Shown here piece after piece: positions 9,846 to 18,548 of a DNA stretch of 64,000 nt (its first letter is position 1; every line of letters starts with the position of its first letter). This DNA comes from Promethearchaeota archaeon (GTDB lineage: Archaea > Asgardarchaeota > Lokiarchaeia > Sigyniarchaeales > SOKP01), in NCBI GenBank assembly GCA_016839555.1, contig JAEOUA010000005.1, positions 1 through 64,000 on the forward strand, written 5' to 3'. The notes beneath the pieces are model-generated. The model did not search any database, was not told where the DNA came from, and saw only the letters and a program-made list of their open reading frames with translations. A program made the position numbers and the translations under genes.

Positions 9846-9884
9846 ACTCCATTTTGGACTATGTTTAAGTCCATTTTGGACTTA
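9846..9884. promoter_or_regulatory. tandem palindromic operator pair upstream of the PLC-fold operon TATA box
   Basis: TCCATTTTGGACT at 9848 and 9870 (22-bp period); the second lies within the perfect palindrome TAAGTCCA-TTT-TGGACTTA; minus-strand TTTAAATA at 9832-9839. Confidence 0.6.
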
Positions 9885-10030
9885 TTTCTGAGAAAAAAAA
9901 TTAAAATAGGTGCTATTGCGGAAGTATTAATCATTAAGTGAATAAAATTTCGAAGATGATGGATATTATGATTTTATACTTATAATACACTCTCTTTTAA
10001 TTTAAATTGGATATGTTTTTCTAACAAAAT

Positions 10031-10186
10031 ATGGTAAAAATATTTATATCTCATAATACGAAGGATGCAAGATTTGTTTCTGGTTTGAAACAATATTTGA
10101 TTAAAAATAAGATTGTTCTATATATAGCTGACAGAGATCGTCAACCTGGAAAATATTTACCCGAAAAGAATATCAAAAATCCTTAA
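10031..10186 (+). pseudogene. truncated TIR-domain gene (N-terminal 51 aa)
   Basis: MVKIFISHNTKDARFVSGLKQYLIKNKIVLYIADRDRQPGKYLPEK matches TIR betaA-alphaA-betaB-BB loop; it stops before the catalytic Glu. Confidence 0.7.
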
Positions 10187-10259
10187 ATTTTTTAATATTT
10201 ATTGCTTTTTTATTGATGGAAATTCTTTTTCTATTATTTAATAATAAAGTTGATTTTGA

Positions 10260-11444
10260 TTGAATAAAAAGACAAAAAAGATAGGATATAAAGCGAAATA
10301 TCTAAAAGAAAATATTAATAATTTTGCTGGAACCCTCAATAACTTTATCCAATCTCTGGAAAAACTCATATCCTATTTAGATACCACAAATAAATTAAAA
10401 ATACTTAGTAGCTTATCAAAATATCCTCATGAAACCGAAAAATTTAATGCTGAAATTCGAGAATATGGTCTTGGTCTCTTTCTTTGGTTTGAAAAAGAAT
10501 ATCCTAACATATCGGATATATTTAAAAAATCTGGATTTCTATTTTCTTTAATAAAGATCAAAAATATAAAAAGATGTATTGTTGAATATAACCAATTAAT
10601 CGAAAAGACAAAACAAAAATATCAGGATATTACAGAATTAGAAATTAATAAATCTCAAGAACTTTTAACAAATACACATTTAAATCCGATTAAAATTTTA
10701 ACCATTAAGTCCCATTTGTGGCGTAAAATTGAGGAAAATACCTCCATATATATTGATAAACTTATTAAGTCAATCCCCGCATTGAAAATTTATTATGAAA
10801 TTTTTTTTAAAATTATAAGATTTGAAACAGCAAGGGATCGAGTAAAAAGAGGGAGAAGAAGCAGAAAAAGCCTATTTAGATCAACAGAAAAAATGTTTAA
10901 AAGAATAAAGAAAGAATTCGAAAAAAAATGCCCTCAAGGTATTCTTAATGAAGTCCAAGAATTAGGGCAATACGGAAATGTAATTATTGACGACTTAGAT
11001 TATATAGAAGAACATAAGAAAGAAGATTTTTATAATTTATTAGAATTATCTAAAGATTTATACGAATTTCATGTTGATTTTGTTAAATATATTTTACGTA
11101 TTTGGCATATTTATGAAAATGGAAATAGAGATTATGTAAATAATTATAAAATCAAACATAAATTTCCAAACATTAATACAATCATAAATCATTATATTAA
11201 TAAAAAATTAGATCAAGTTTGTCCTAGTTTGAGCAGAGCTTTAACAGGTTTCTTTTTTCCTTTTGAAAAATATCGACATATCGAATCTCATTCAGCACCG
11301 AAATTGGGTTTATCTGCAGATGGAAAATATATTTTTATTCCACAAAAAGGAAAGAAGCATAAACTCAAAGTAGAGATTAGTGAGATTAAGACATTCATCA
11401 GAACTTATCAATCCTTTATAGAAGCCTTAAAAATATATCGATAG
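10260..11444 (+). CDS. helical protein with C-terminal HEPN-like motif
   Basis: 394 aa; YRHIESH (Rx4H) followed by a beta hairpin and a terminal helix. Confidence 0.55.
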   Translation: MNKKTKKIGYKAKYLKENINNFAGTLNNFIQSLEKLISYLDTTNKLKILSSLSKYPHETEKFNAEIREYGLGLFLWFEKEYPNISDIFKKSGFLFSLIKIKNIKRCIVEYNQLIEKTKQKYQDITELEINKSQELLTNTHLNPIKILTIKSHLWRKIEENTSIYIDKLIKSIPALKIYYEIFFKIIRFETARDRVKRGRRSRKSLFRSTEKMFKRIKKEFEKKCPQGILNEVQELGQYGNVIIDDLDYIEEHKKEDFYNLLELSKDLYEFHVDFVKYILRIWHIYENGNRDYVNNYKIKHKFPNINTIINHYINKKLDQVCPSLSRALTGFFFPFEKYRHIESHSAPKLGLSADGKYIFIPQKGKKHKLKVEISEIKTFIRTYQSFIEALKIYR

Positions 11445-11460
11445 ATCACAATAATCACTA

Positions 11461-11994
11461 TTACCTTCTTTTAATTACTAGAGTGTGAAAATCTCCCTTT
11501 ATATTTTCAAGAAATTCATTTGTTTTGTAATTGAAACTTTTTATTTCTCCATCTCCAGGATCGAAAAAATACACTTCATAATTATTATATTCAATTGCCG
11601 TTCTTATATGTGCCTTTTCTTTACTCCTTATTTTTAATCCTCTTTCTGAATGCCACAATAGTTTATTCCCCCAAGCCTTAAATGAAACCAAAACGGGAAT
11701 CTTTTTATCTATATTTAATTTGATATATTCAATAACATTATCTATTGAGTTTCCAAAGTCAATTTTACCCTTAAACTTAAATTCAAAATCTGGTAATAAT
11801 GCTTTTAAATGAGGAACTGCCACATTAAACCCCAGTGCTCCAACAGTTCTAAAATAGAAATTTAATAAATCTAATTCATTATACCTATATTCACCATAAT
11901 AATGTAATACATTTACAATATTTACGGGTATACATCCATATTTTAGATTTTTTTGTCTTATTTTGGGATATTTTTTTAAATCAATTTTTGGCAT
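11461..11994 (-). CDS. C39-like (papain-fold) cysteine peptidase
   Basis: Q....GC...I.NVLHYYG, IPVLV, H(IRTAIEY), FFDPG: Gln/Cys/His/Asp set. Confidence 0.75.
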   Translation of the reverse strand: MPKIDLKKYPKIRQKNLKYGCIPVNIVNVLHYYGEYRYNELDLLNFYFRTVGALGFNVAVPHLKALLPDFEFKFKGKIDFGNSIDNVIEYIKLNIDKKIPVLVSFKAWGNKLLWHSERGLKIRSKEKAHIRTAIEYNNYEVYFFDPGDGEIKSFNYKTNEFLENIKGDFHTLVIKRR

Positions 11995-12129
11995 AAACCA
12001 TTATGAAATATTATTATCTTTATAAAGAATTATTGTTAGATGTACATATCTTAAGATTTATTTACTTATTAAATTAAAGTTATAGTTGGAGAAATGTTCT
12101 AAAATTAAAAAGAGGATCTGTGTTAAAAT

Positions 12130-12486
12130 CTATAGCTCTTCTAACAACCGCCAAGTTCTATTTAATTCTTTAATTAATGCTTCAATTAAAAAGGCAACTC
12201 CATATGGTTTTTCTACATCTACCAGAGTTAATCGTTTTTCAAAATCTACTAGTTGTTCTTTGTTTAGCTTTTCATATAAGATATAAATATCATTTTCACT
12301 TTCTATTACGTGATACGTTTGATCCCCATTCAGAGATTTAAGAAAATTTTTAATATAATCCAGAATTAGTTGATATTTTTTCTGTTCTCCCTTCCAGTAC
12401 TCTTTATGTATTCCTTTTTGAAATTCTTTTTCAATTTCTTTAAATTTTTTCATAAAGTGATTATCCGATTCAAATTCTTTGGTCAT
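12130..12486 (-). CDS. hypothetical protein, paralog of 6806-7135
   Basis: Shared motifs with the 6806 ORF. Confidence 0.7.
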   Translation of the reverse strand: MTKEFESDNHFMKKFKEIEKEFQKGIHKEYWKGEQKKYQLILDYIKNFLKSLNGDQTYHVIESENDIYILYEKLNKEQLVDFEKRLTLVDVEKPYGVAFLIEALIKELNRTWRLLEEL

Positions 12487-12810
12487 ATTTATATTTCCTT
12501 GTAAAGTTTAAACAATCTATTTATCTATGATTATAATAAAATAATTTTTGTGGATAATTAAGTCTTTGGTGATTCAATTTTTATTTAAATAATTTTCATA
12601 AATCAAAGGATGCTGTAATTTTATAAATAAAATAATCCAGATTTCTTATTGGTGGTCTTAAAATGATACATTCTAAAATTTGGCTTTTAGTATTGGAAAA
12701 ATTATATTTTACATAATCTTTGTTAATTTTAATAATAATAAAAACATCATCTGGTAATTTTTTGATAAAAGATTCTTTCCTTTTTTAGTTAAGTAAAATA
12801 ATCAAGAAAT

Positions 12811-14940
12811 TTATGCATAAGATAACAATCCTTCGGGTTTTTTTCTAAATTTATTTTCACACTTCTTAATAAATTCTTCCAGTTGTTTTATTTTCAAAAT
12901 ATCATTAGAGAATTGAATAAATACAGGATATATATTAGTAATTATATTATAGTTACCCATAACTTCATATAGCTTCTCTATGTCAGAAATACCTAATGAA
13001 TATTTTTTGTTAATACCATCTATCGTGGTCCTTTTTAATCGGCCTGTAGCATTCATTTTTCTTTCTTTAAATAATTTAACTAATAAATCCATACAAAGTT
13101 TGGATTCCAGAGGTAATTCTTTATCTTCTCTTTTTTTTTCTAACTTTTTTTCTTTTGTCTCACCATGTTTAATTGTCTTTATATAAGAAAAACCAAGTTC
13201 TGCTCTTATTTCTTGGTATTTGCGATTAAAATCTCCAAAGAAATCTAACCACCTTCCAAAATTTCTATAGAATTCTAATAATTTATCAAAATTACTCATT
13301 ACACTTTTTATACCAATTATAGGACAAAAAGCATAAGGATCCGGTATGTTTAAAATTTTTATTCGCTTGGTGTCTTCAGATGTAAATCCATTTTTTTCAG
13401 CATATTTTATTATTTCTTTATGAATATTTTCTAAATTATCTGGACAAAACACAATCATAATAATTGTATTTTTCCTAACTTGAGACCATTGAAGAGCCTG
13501 ATAAACTTTATCTCCTGAAAATTTTTTTACAAGTTTTATTTCCGCATGTGACTTAATTTCATTTTCTTCCTCGTCATAATTTATAAAATATCCATCAATT
13601 TTGTCATTTGTATTTTTTTCAGGGTCTATTAAAATGTCCTCTCTTGTAAATTTGATTTCAATCTCCTTTAAGATACGGTCTAAATATTCATGCATTAAAT
13701 TGCTGTATTCCTTAACATTATTTTCCCATTCTATTAGACCTTTTTTTAGTGGTAAATTAAGATTATGATAGATCTTTAAAATTTTAATAATTTGATCATT
13801 TGCAAGTCTTCGAGAATAAGTAAAATATTTTTCTTTTAACTTATTTAATGTTTTTATTAAGAAGACCTCATTTATCTTGATTTTATCATTTGAATGATGG
13901 AAGAAAGCTGAAATTTTGGAAAGTGCCTCCTCAATTTTTTCTCCATAATTTCCTGATTCAAGGACTTTTTCAGATCGATCATATATTTGTATTAATCTTG
14001 ATCCTGCTGATGAAGCTTCGGAATAAGTGTATCTATTCATATTAATTAGTGTATTAACTCTGTCTGTACAAGCAAATAAATGAAATAACTTAATCTCGCG
14101 TTGTGAAATCTCAAAAAGATATTTTAGTATATTCTCTAATTTTTTAAATTTTTCGCTAAAAAGCAGTTGGTCAGTCGTCTCGTTAATCCAGAGATCTAGT
14201 TCATCGTATAAAAATAAAAAGATAAATCCTTGTCTTGTTAATTCTTTCATAATTTCTAAAATCTTTTTCATTATAGATTCAGAATCTACGAATAAAGATG
14301 TCTTAATAATTCTCATAGTTTCTTTTAATTTTTTTTTTAATTCAGGATTCTTACTTAATCTATTTTTAACAAAACCTATTTCTTGAATAATTTTATTAAC
14401 GTTTGAAGATTGTCGTAAATCTACATTAATATCTGCTGAGATTGACTCAAGTTTATCGATTAAATTTATATATTTTCGTTCATCATTTTTAAATCGGGCT
14501 AAATTTGGAATAGTATAATATGCTGACTGTTTTAATTTATTAAAAAGTTTCAAAGGATTAAGTTCGGTAATGTCTTCAAATAATAATACTATACAATCAG
14601 GAATTTTTTCTTGAATTTCATTGATAATTAGATGCAAAAATTGGGTTTTACTGCCCCCATATCGGCAAAAATAGAACATACTTCCAGAGAATTTGATTTC
14701 GCTAGTTTTTATTTCTTTCAACTGATCATAGATATAATTTAAAGCACTTTCCATTTTAGCGGATAATATAAGAAAGTCCTTAACTTTTTTTTGACTCTCT
14801 TTTATTATATCTTTTGTGATTATTTGCGATTTTCCACTGCCTTCAAATATAGATATAACTTCTTTTACAATTGTATCACAATATGTAAAATCACTTCGAA
14901 ACTTATCGTAATCTTGAAATATTCCCATTTTATTCCACAC
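12811..14940 (-). CDS. P-loop ATPase fused to a PD-(D/E)xK nuclease domain and probable C-terminal wHTH
   Basis: Walker A-like CRYGGSKT, Walker B FLFLYDELD, KIDGYF...AEIK plus QALQW nuclease motifs; likely start is ATG 14928, 1 nt after the upstream stop. Confidence 0.65.
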   Translation of the reverse strand: MWNKMGIFQDYDKFRSDFTYCDTIVKEVISIFEGSGKSQIITKDIIKESQKKVKDFLILSAKMESALNYIYDQLKEIKTSEIKFSGSMFYFCRYGGSKTQFLHLIINEIQEKIPDCIVLLFEDITELNPLKLFNKLKQSAYYTIPNLARFKNDERKYINLIDKLESISADINVDLRQSSNVNKIIQEIGFVKNRLSKNPELKKKLKETMRIIKTSLFVDSESIMKKILEIMKELTRQGFIFLFLYDELDLWINETTDQLLFSEKFKKLENILKYLFEISQREIKLFHLFACTDRVNTLINMNRYTYSEASSAGSRLIQIYDRSEKVLESGNYGEKIEEALSKISAFFHHSNDKIKINEVFLIKTLNKLKEKYFTYSRRLANDQIIKILKIYHNLNLPLKKGLIEWENNVKEYSNLMHEYLDRILKEIEIKFTREDILIDPEKNTNDKIDGYFINYDEEENEIKSHAEIKLVKKFSGDKVYQALQWSQVRKNTIIMIVFCPDNLENIHKEIIKYAEKNGFTSEDTKRIKILNIPDPYAFCPIIGIKSVMSNFDKLLEFYRNFGRWLDFFGDFNRKYQEIRAELGFSYIKTIKHGETKEKKLEKKREDKELPLESKLCMDLLVKLFKERKMNATGRLKRTTIDGINKKYSLGISDIEKLYEVMGNYNIITNIYPVFIQFSNDILKIKQLEEFIKKCENKFRKKPEGLLSYA

Positions 14941-15631
14941 TCCATGCGCCCGTAAGTTTAAATTCTATTGGATGTATAAAAATCTGTTTTATGGTCAAAA
15001 GATCAGGCAGATGGCCAGTTCTTGAAGAACTCAGAGAAATAAATTCTGGATACTTATTAGATAATTTATTAATGAGATTTACAAATTCCTTAATATCTCT
15101 AAATCCTAATGACCTAAAAATTGAAAATGCCTCTTGGAAATCCATCGTGAGAGGATATTTAGTTGCCAAATCATCGGCATTTTTAATAATATAATTTAAA
15201 ATTCGAGAATAATCTCCATCTGGTACCTTTTCCATTCTTAATAACTCTTTATCTAAATTTCTTAAAAGAGCAAATACTAAATTCTTTTCTAAGACTCCTA
15301 ATGTGGAAAAAAAGTTCTGAATTTTACTAAATGAAGGATTTTGGCTGGATGAGATAAAAGAAAATATTAAAGAATCTATAAATTTTGGATGATCTACTAA
15401 ATTGAATGATGTTTTTTGAATTGGAATCTCGTCTAATTTCTTTTTATCTACAATTGAAGAATAAACATTAGCCTTACCTTTTTTTCCAACTACTTCTAGT
15501 TTTCCCTCTTTTTTTAATGTTGAAATATAAGAAGATGTTGTTCCTTTATTGAAATTCAATTTTTTGGAAACTTCTTTAGCTGTTAAATTTTCAAGTTTTA
15601 ATATTTCATAAATTTGGTTGCTCTTACTCAA
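14930..15631 (-). CDS. N-terminal wHTH protein coupled to the ATPase-nuclease
   Basis: LTAKEVSKKLNFNKGTTSSYISTLKKEGKLEVVG HTH-wing; AGGTGG RBS before a TTG start. Confidence 0.75.
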   Translation of the reverse strand: MSKSNQIYEILKLENLTAKEVSKKLNFNKGTTSSYISTLKKEGKLEVVGKKGKANVYSSIVDKKKLDEIPIQKTSFNLVDHPKFIDSLIFSFISSSQNPSFSKIQNFFSTLGVLEKNLVFALLRNLDKELLRMEKVPDGDYSRILNYIIKNADDLATKYPLTMDFQEAFSIFRSLGFRDIKEFVNLINKLSNKYPEFISLSSSRTGHLPDLLTIKQIFIHPIEFKLTGAWSVE

Positions 15632-16209
15632 TTAAAGCCACCTAATAAAAAATAATTGTTCTTTTTCGTTCTAGCAATACTTATAATAAACAAATATTTA
15701 GAATAGTTCGGGATTATTACATTAGATTCTATTATATTGCTTATCATCTTAATGAAGATTTTATTAAAGATTTAATCTTGTCTTCTCTAATATATATATT
15801 TTTAATAATTATTTAAATTTTATTTACTTAGCAAATTATTTTATTATTTCTCTTCGTAATTGAATTTTTTTATGAAGAAGGATTAATATTTTCTAAGTGC
15901 TGTATCAACTGGATGACTTATCATCCGTATATGTCTCGTTGTATGTTATCAGCATTTTTTAATTCTTGATAAACTTTTTTTTCATAAGAGTGTTATTGTA
16001 TTTTAGCGTTTTATTTCTATATTTATTTGAATTTCCTTTCCACAATAAGGACATTTGATTTTATCTTGCTTTATTCCCCTCTTTACCTTTGACTTATTTT
16101 TAGAACCCTTCCTCTTTTTTGTATATTCAAAAAAAATGTGTAATTTAAATAATTTCTAAAAACTTATAATTTAGTTTTTAAAAAAATAAATAATCAGTTT
16201 AAAAAGGTT

Positions 16210-16842
16210 GTGTGTAAAATGTTTGAATTAATACCAAATAATGTGAGAATTTTAGGCTCGAAAGATCGCCTTATTATTGATCTAATAGATCGGGGAAAAG
16301 AATTTATCGAACAATTTGATATTAACCAAGAATTAATCGTAGAAACAATCTCTATTATATATAAGTATTTAGAAAAAATACATAAAATCCCTCAAAATTT
16401 GTTTAAATTCTTTATTGCAGCATGTTATATTTCTTCTCGACATCCAAAAACTTTTCCTAACCAAGAATCAAAAGATACTTTTTGCCAGAGATTCCACATT
16501 AAGAAGAGTGCTTTGAAATATAGTGTTAATAAAATAATTTCAGAATTAAATTATATAAAAATTGTAGATGACATGAGCCGTCCTTATTTTCTGAATCCAG
16601 AAAGAGACATTGCCTATAAACTTTTAAAAAGCATAATAAAAAAGCAAGTGAATCTTGCGATGATGAATTTCTTAATTTATCATCAACCAATTAATTCGCA
16701 AATCTTAAGTGAAGATTTAGTATCAAAAACGATATTAGAAATGAAATTATTTCCCGAAGAATTATTTCGTCAATTTTATGATTTAACGTTTGAAATCATT
16801 GAGGATCAATTGCAGGACTATTATAGCTATATGGAACTTTAA
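16210..16842 (+). CDS. cyclin/TFIIB-repeat fold protein lacking a Zn ribbon
   Basis: FIAACYISSR resembles the TFB/cyclin helix (AAAxYIAxR); all-helical. Confidence 0.5.
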   Translation: MCKMFELIPNNVRILGSKDRLIIDLIDRGKEFIEQFDINQELIVETISIIYKYLEKIHKIPQNLFKFFIAACYISSRHPKTFPNQESKDTFCQRFHIKKSALKYSVNKIISELNYIKIVDDMSRPYFLNPERDIAYKLLKSIIKKQVNLAMMNFLIYHQPINSQILSEDLVSKTILEMKLFPEELFRQFYDLTFEIIEDQLQDYYSYMEL

Positions 16843-17188
16843 AACAAATATTTTATTAATTCTTTATACTCTGATTTTTATTTTTTACTTTTATAAATTT
16901 TATGATTTAATTCTTAATATGGTTGAAGATAATTTACGGGATTATAAACCTCTTATACCTTTTTTCTCTTAAAATATGGTAAAATTGGAAAATCTTTAGA
17001 AATTTTTCTTTAAATAATAATATCATAATAAGTATAATATACAATTAAAGTTCTTTTTCAAGAGGATTGCTTACTAAAACCAGAAAAGAAGCTTACTAAA
17101 TTGTGGCACTCCAGATATTTATATTGGATAGATTTAAAAAATACTTAAACATCATAATTCATGACAAAAAAATAAAAGAGTAAAAAAG

Positions 17189-17809
17189 ATGTATTGTCCC
17201 TTTTGTGGAGCAAAAATTGATAAAACTCAAAAATTTTGCCCTAATTGTGGAATTAGAATTAAAAAACCTTCCAAAGCAACTCAACCAATATCAACAATTA
17301 ATAATGTAGAATCTATTGTTTCTTCACCCAGCACACCATATACTAAGCTAGAATCGAAAAACCCAGTGGTAATGGGGGCGCTTTCCTGTGCCTTGGCTGT
17401 GGCAGGAGTTCTTCTCACCTTTTTTGTAGTATATGCCAACACTGATGTATTTCAAGATATTTTTCCCGATATGTATGCAGATCTCATCTCAAATATTTAT
17501 CGTAATGATTTTAAGGAGCTCGGTATCGTGTATAAACCCAACATCATTCACTTAATTTTACCCCTCATATGTTTTATATTAGGTCTGGTGCTGGGAATTT
17601 TTGGAGTAATCTCCGCAAAAAAAACTAAGGTGTGGGGAATCATTGGAATTATCCTTAACTCTATTATTTTGCTCTTATATAGTATTGATGCCTATTTGCG
17701 GTTTTATGTGGGAAAAACGTTAGGAGATTATATTTTTGGGAGCTCCATCTTTATTTTATTCCTCATCATTGGATTAATTTGCCTGAGAGGGAGAAGACGG
17801 CGATATTAA
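17189..17809 (+). CDS. zinc-ribbon membrane protein
   Basis: CPFCG...CPNCG, Pro/Ser/Thr linker, about 4 TM helices. Confidence 0.8.
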   Translation: MYCPFCGAKIDKTQKFCPNCGIRIKKPSKATQPISTINNVESIVSSPSTPYTKLESKNPVVMGALSCALAVAGVLLTFFVVYANTDVFQDIFPDMYADLISNIYRNDFKELGIVYKPNIIHLILPLICFILGLVLGIFGVISAKKTKVWGIIGIILNSIILLLYSIDAYLRFYVGKTLGDYIFGSSIFILFLIIGLICLRGRRRRY

Positions 17810-17845
17810 GAAAAAGGATCCCCAAGAAATTCGGGATCGTGGGAA

Positions 17846-18100
17846 ATGAGAATGTTTCCTTACTCAAATATGAGATTACATTATTTAAGTGCTTTTATTG
17901 AACAAGAACTTATACAACAATTATTAGAAGAAAAGATAAAAATACGCATCACCAAAGATTTTTGTAGAGATCAAGAAAAAATAAGAATAACCCTCACTAG
18001 AAAGGAAATAGAATTATTAATTAAGGAATACTCGGATTTAAAGAGAAAATGCAACCTTTTTCAACCTCGTATTGATATCTTGACTAAAATAATCAACTAA
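17846..18100 (+). CDS. hypothetical protein
   Basis: 84 aa ORF followed by a T-rich terminator-like tract. Confidence 0.4.
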   Translation: MRMFPYSNMRLHYLSAFIEQELIQQLLEEKIKIRITKDFCRDQEKIRITLTRKEIELLIKEYSDLKRKCNLFQPRIDILTKIIN

Positions 18101-18134
18101 TTAAATTTTAAATTTTTTTTCTATTTTTTACTGA

Positions 18135-18206
18135 TTTGAGAATATATAAGAACATATCTTAATTTTACTCAGTTATTATAAATATCCTCATTATAACTTT
18201 TCCCTT
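18135..18206. repeat. ~70-bp intergenic repeat, copy 1 (imperfect hairpin)
   Basis: TTTGAGAATATATAAGAACATATCTTAA...ATATCCTCA; matches 19757-19829. Confidence 0.75.
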
Positions 18207-18548
18207 ATTTTATCGATGAATATTCCCCAGAGTAAAACTTATTGATCGATTGAAGATCGGAATTTTTAAAATTTTACCTGATTTATTTTTTCTTTTTCCT
18301 TATATGTTCTTTTATTTTCATTTTAGAATAATGAATAACAAAAAAAGGATATAGCAGGATGAATTTTATTCAAAATAATTTTTATTCTAATCTATAAGTA
18401 GATAGCTTCCCTTTCCCTTAGAAGAGTCTTTAAAAACCTTAAAAAACCATAAAGGAAGCAAGTATTATTAAGATTCATTACTCTATATTGATTTAAAAGG
18501 GAGAATTGTTTTTAGAATCATAACACAATAAAAATAATGTGAATAAAA

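Noticed and set aside
12811-14940. Assignment to BREX or Avs/STAND systems
   Set aside because: No pglX/pglZ/brxL neighbours and no TPR sensor region; the nuclease is C-terminal to the ATPase
17817-17838. GATCCC-N10-GGGATC hairpin as a terminator
   Set aside because: 6-bp stem with no following U tract; could be chance
18207-18548. Replication origin next to the Cdc6-like gene
   Set aside because: No ORB-like repeats with G-strings, and the ATPase motifs are degenerate
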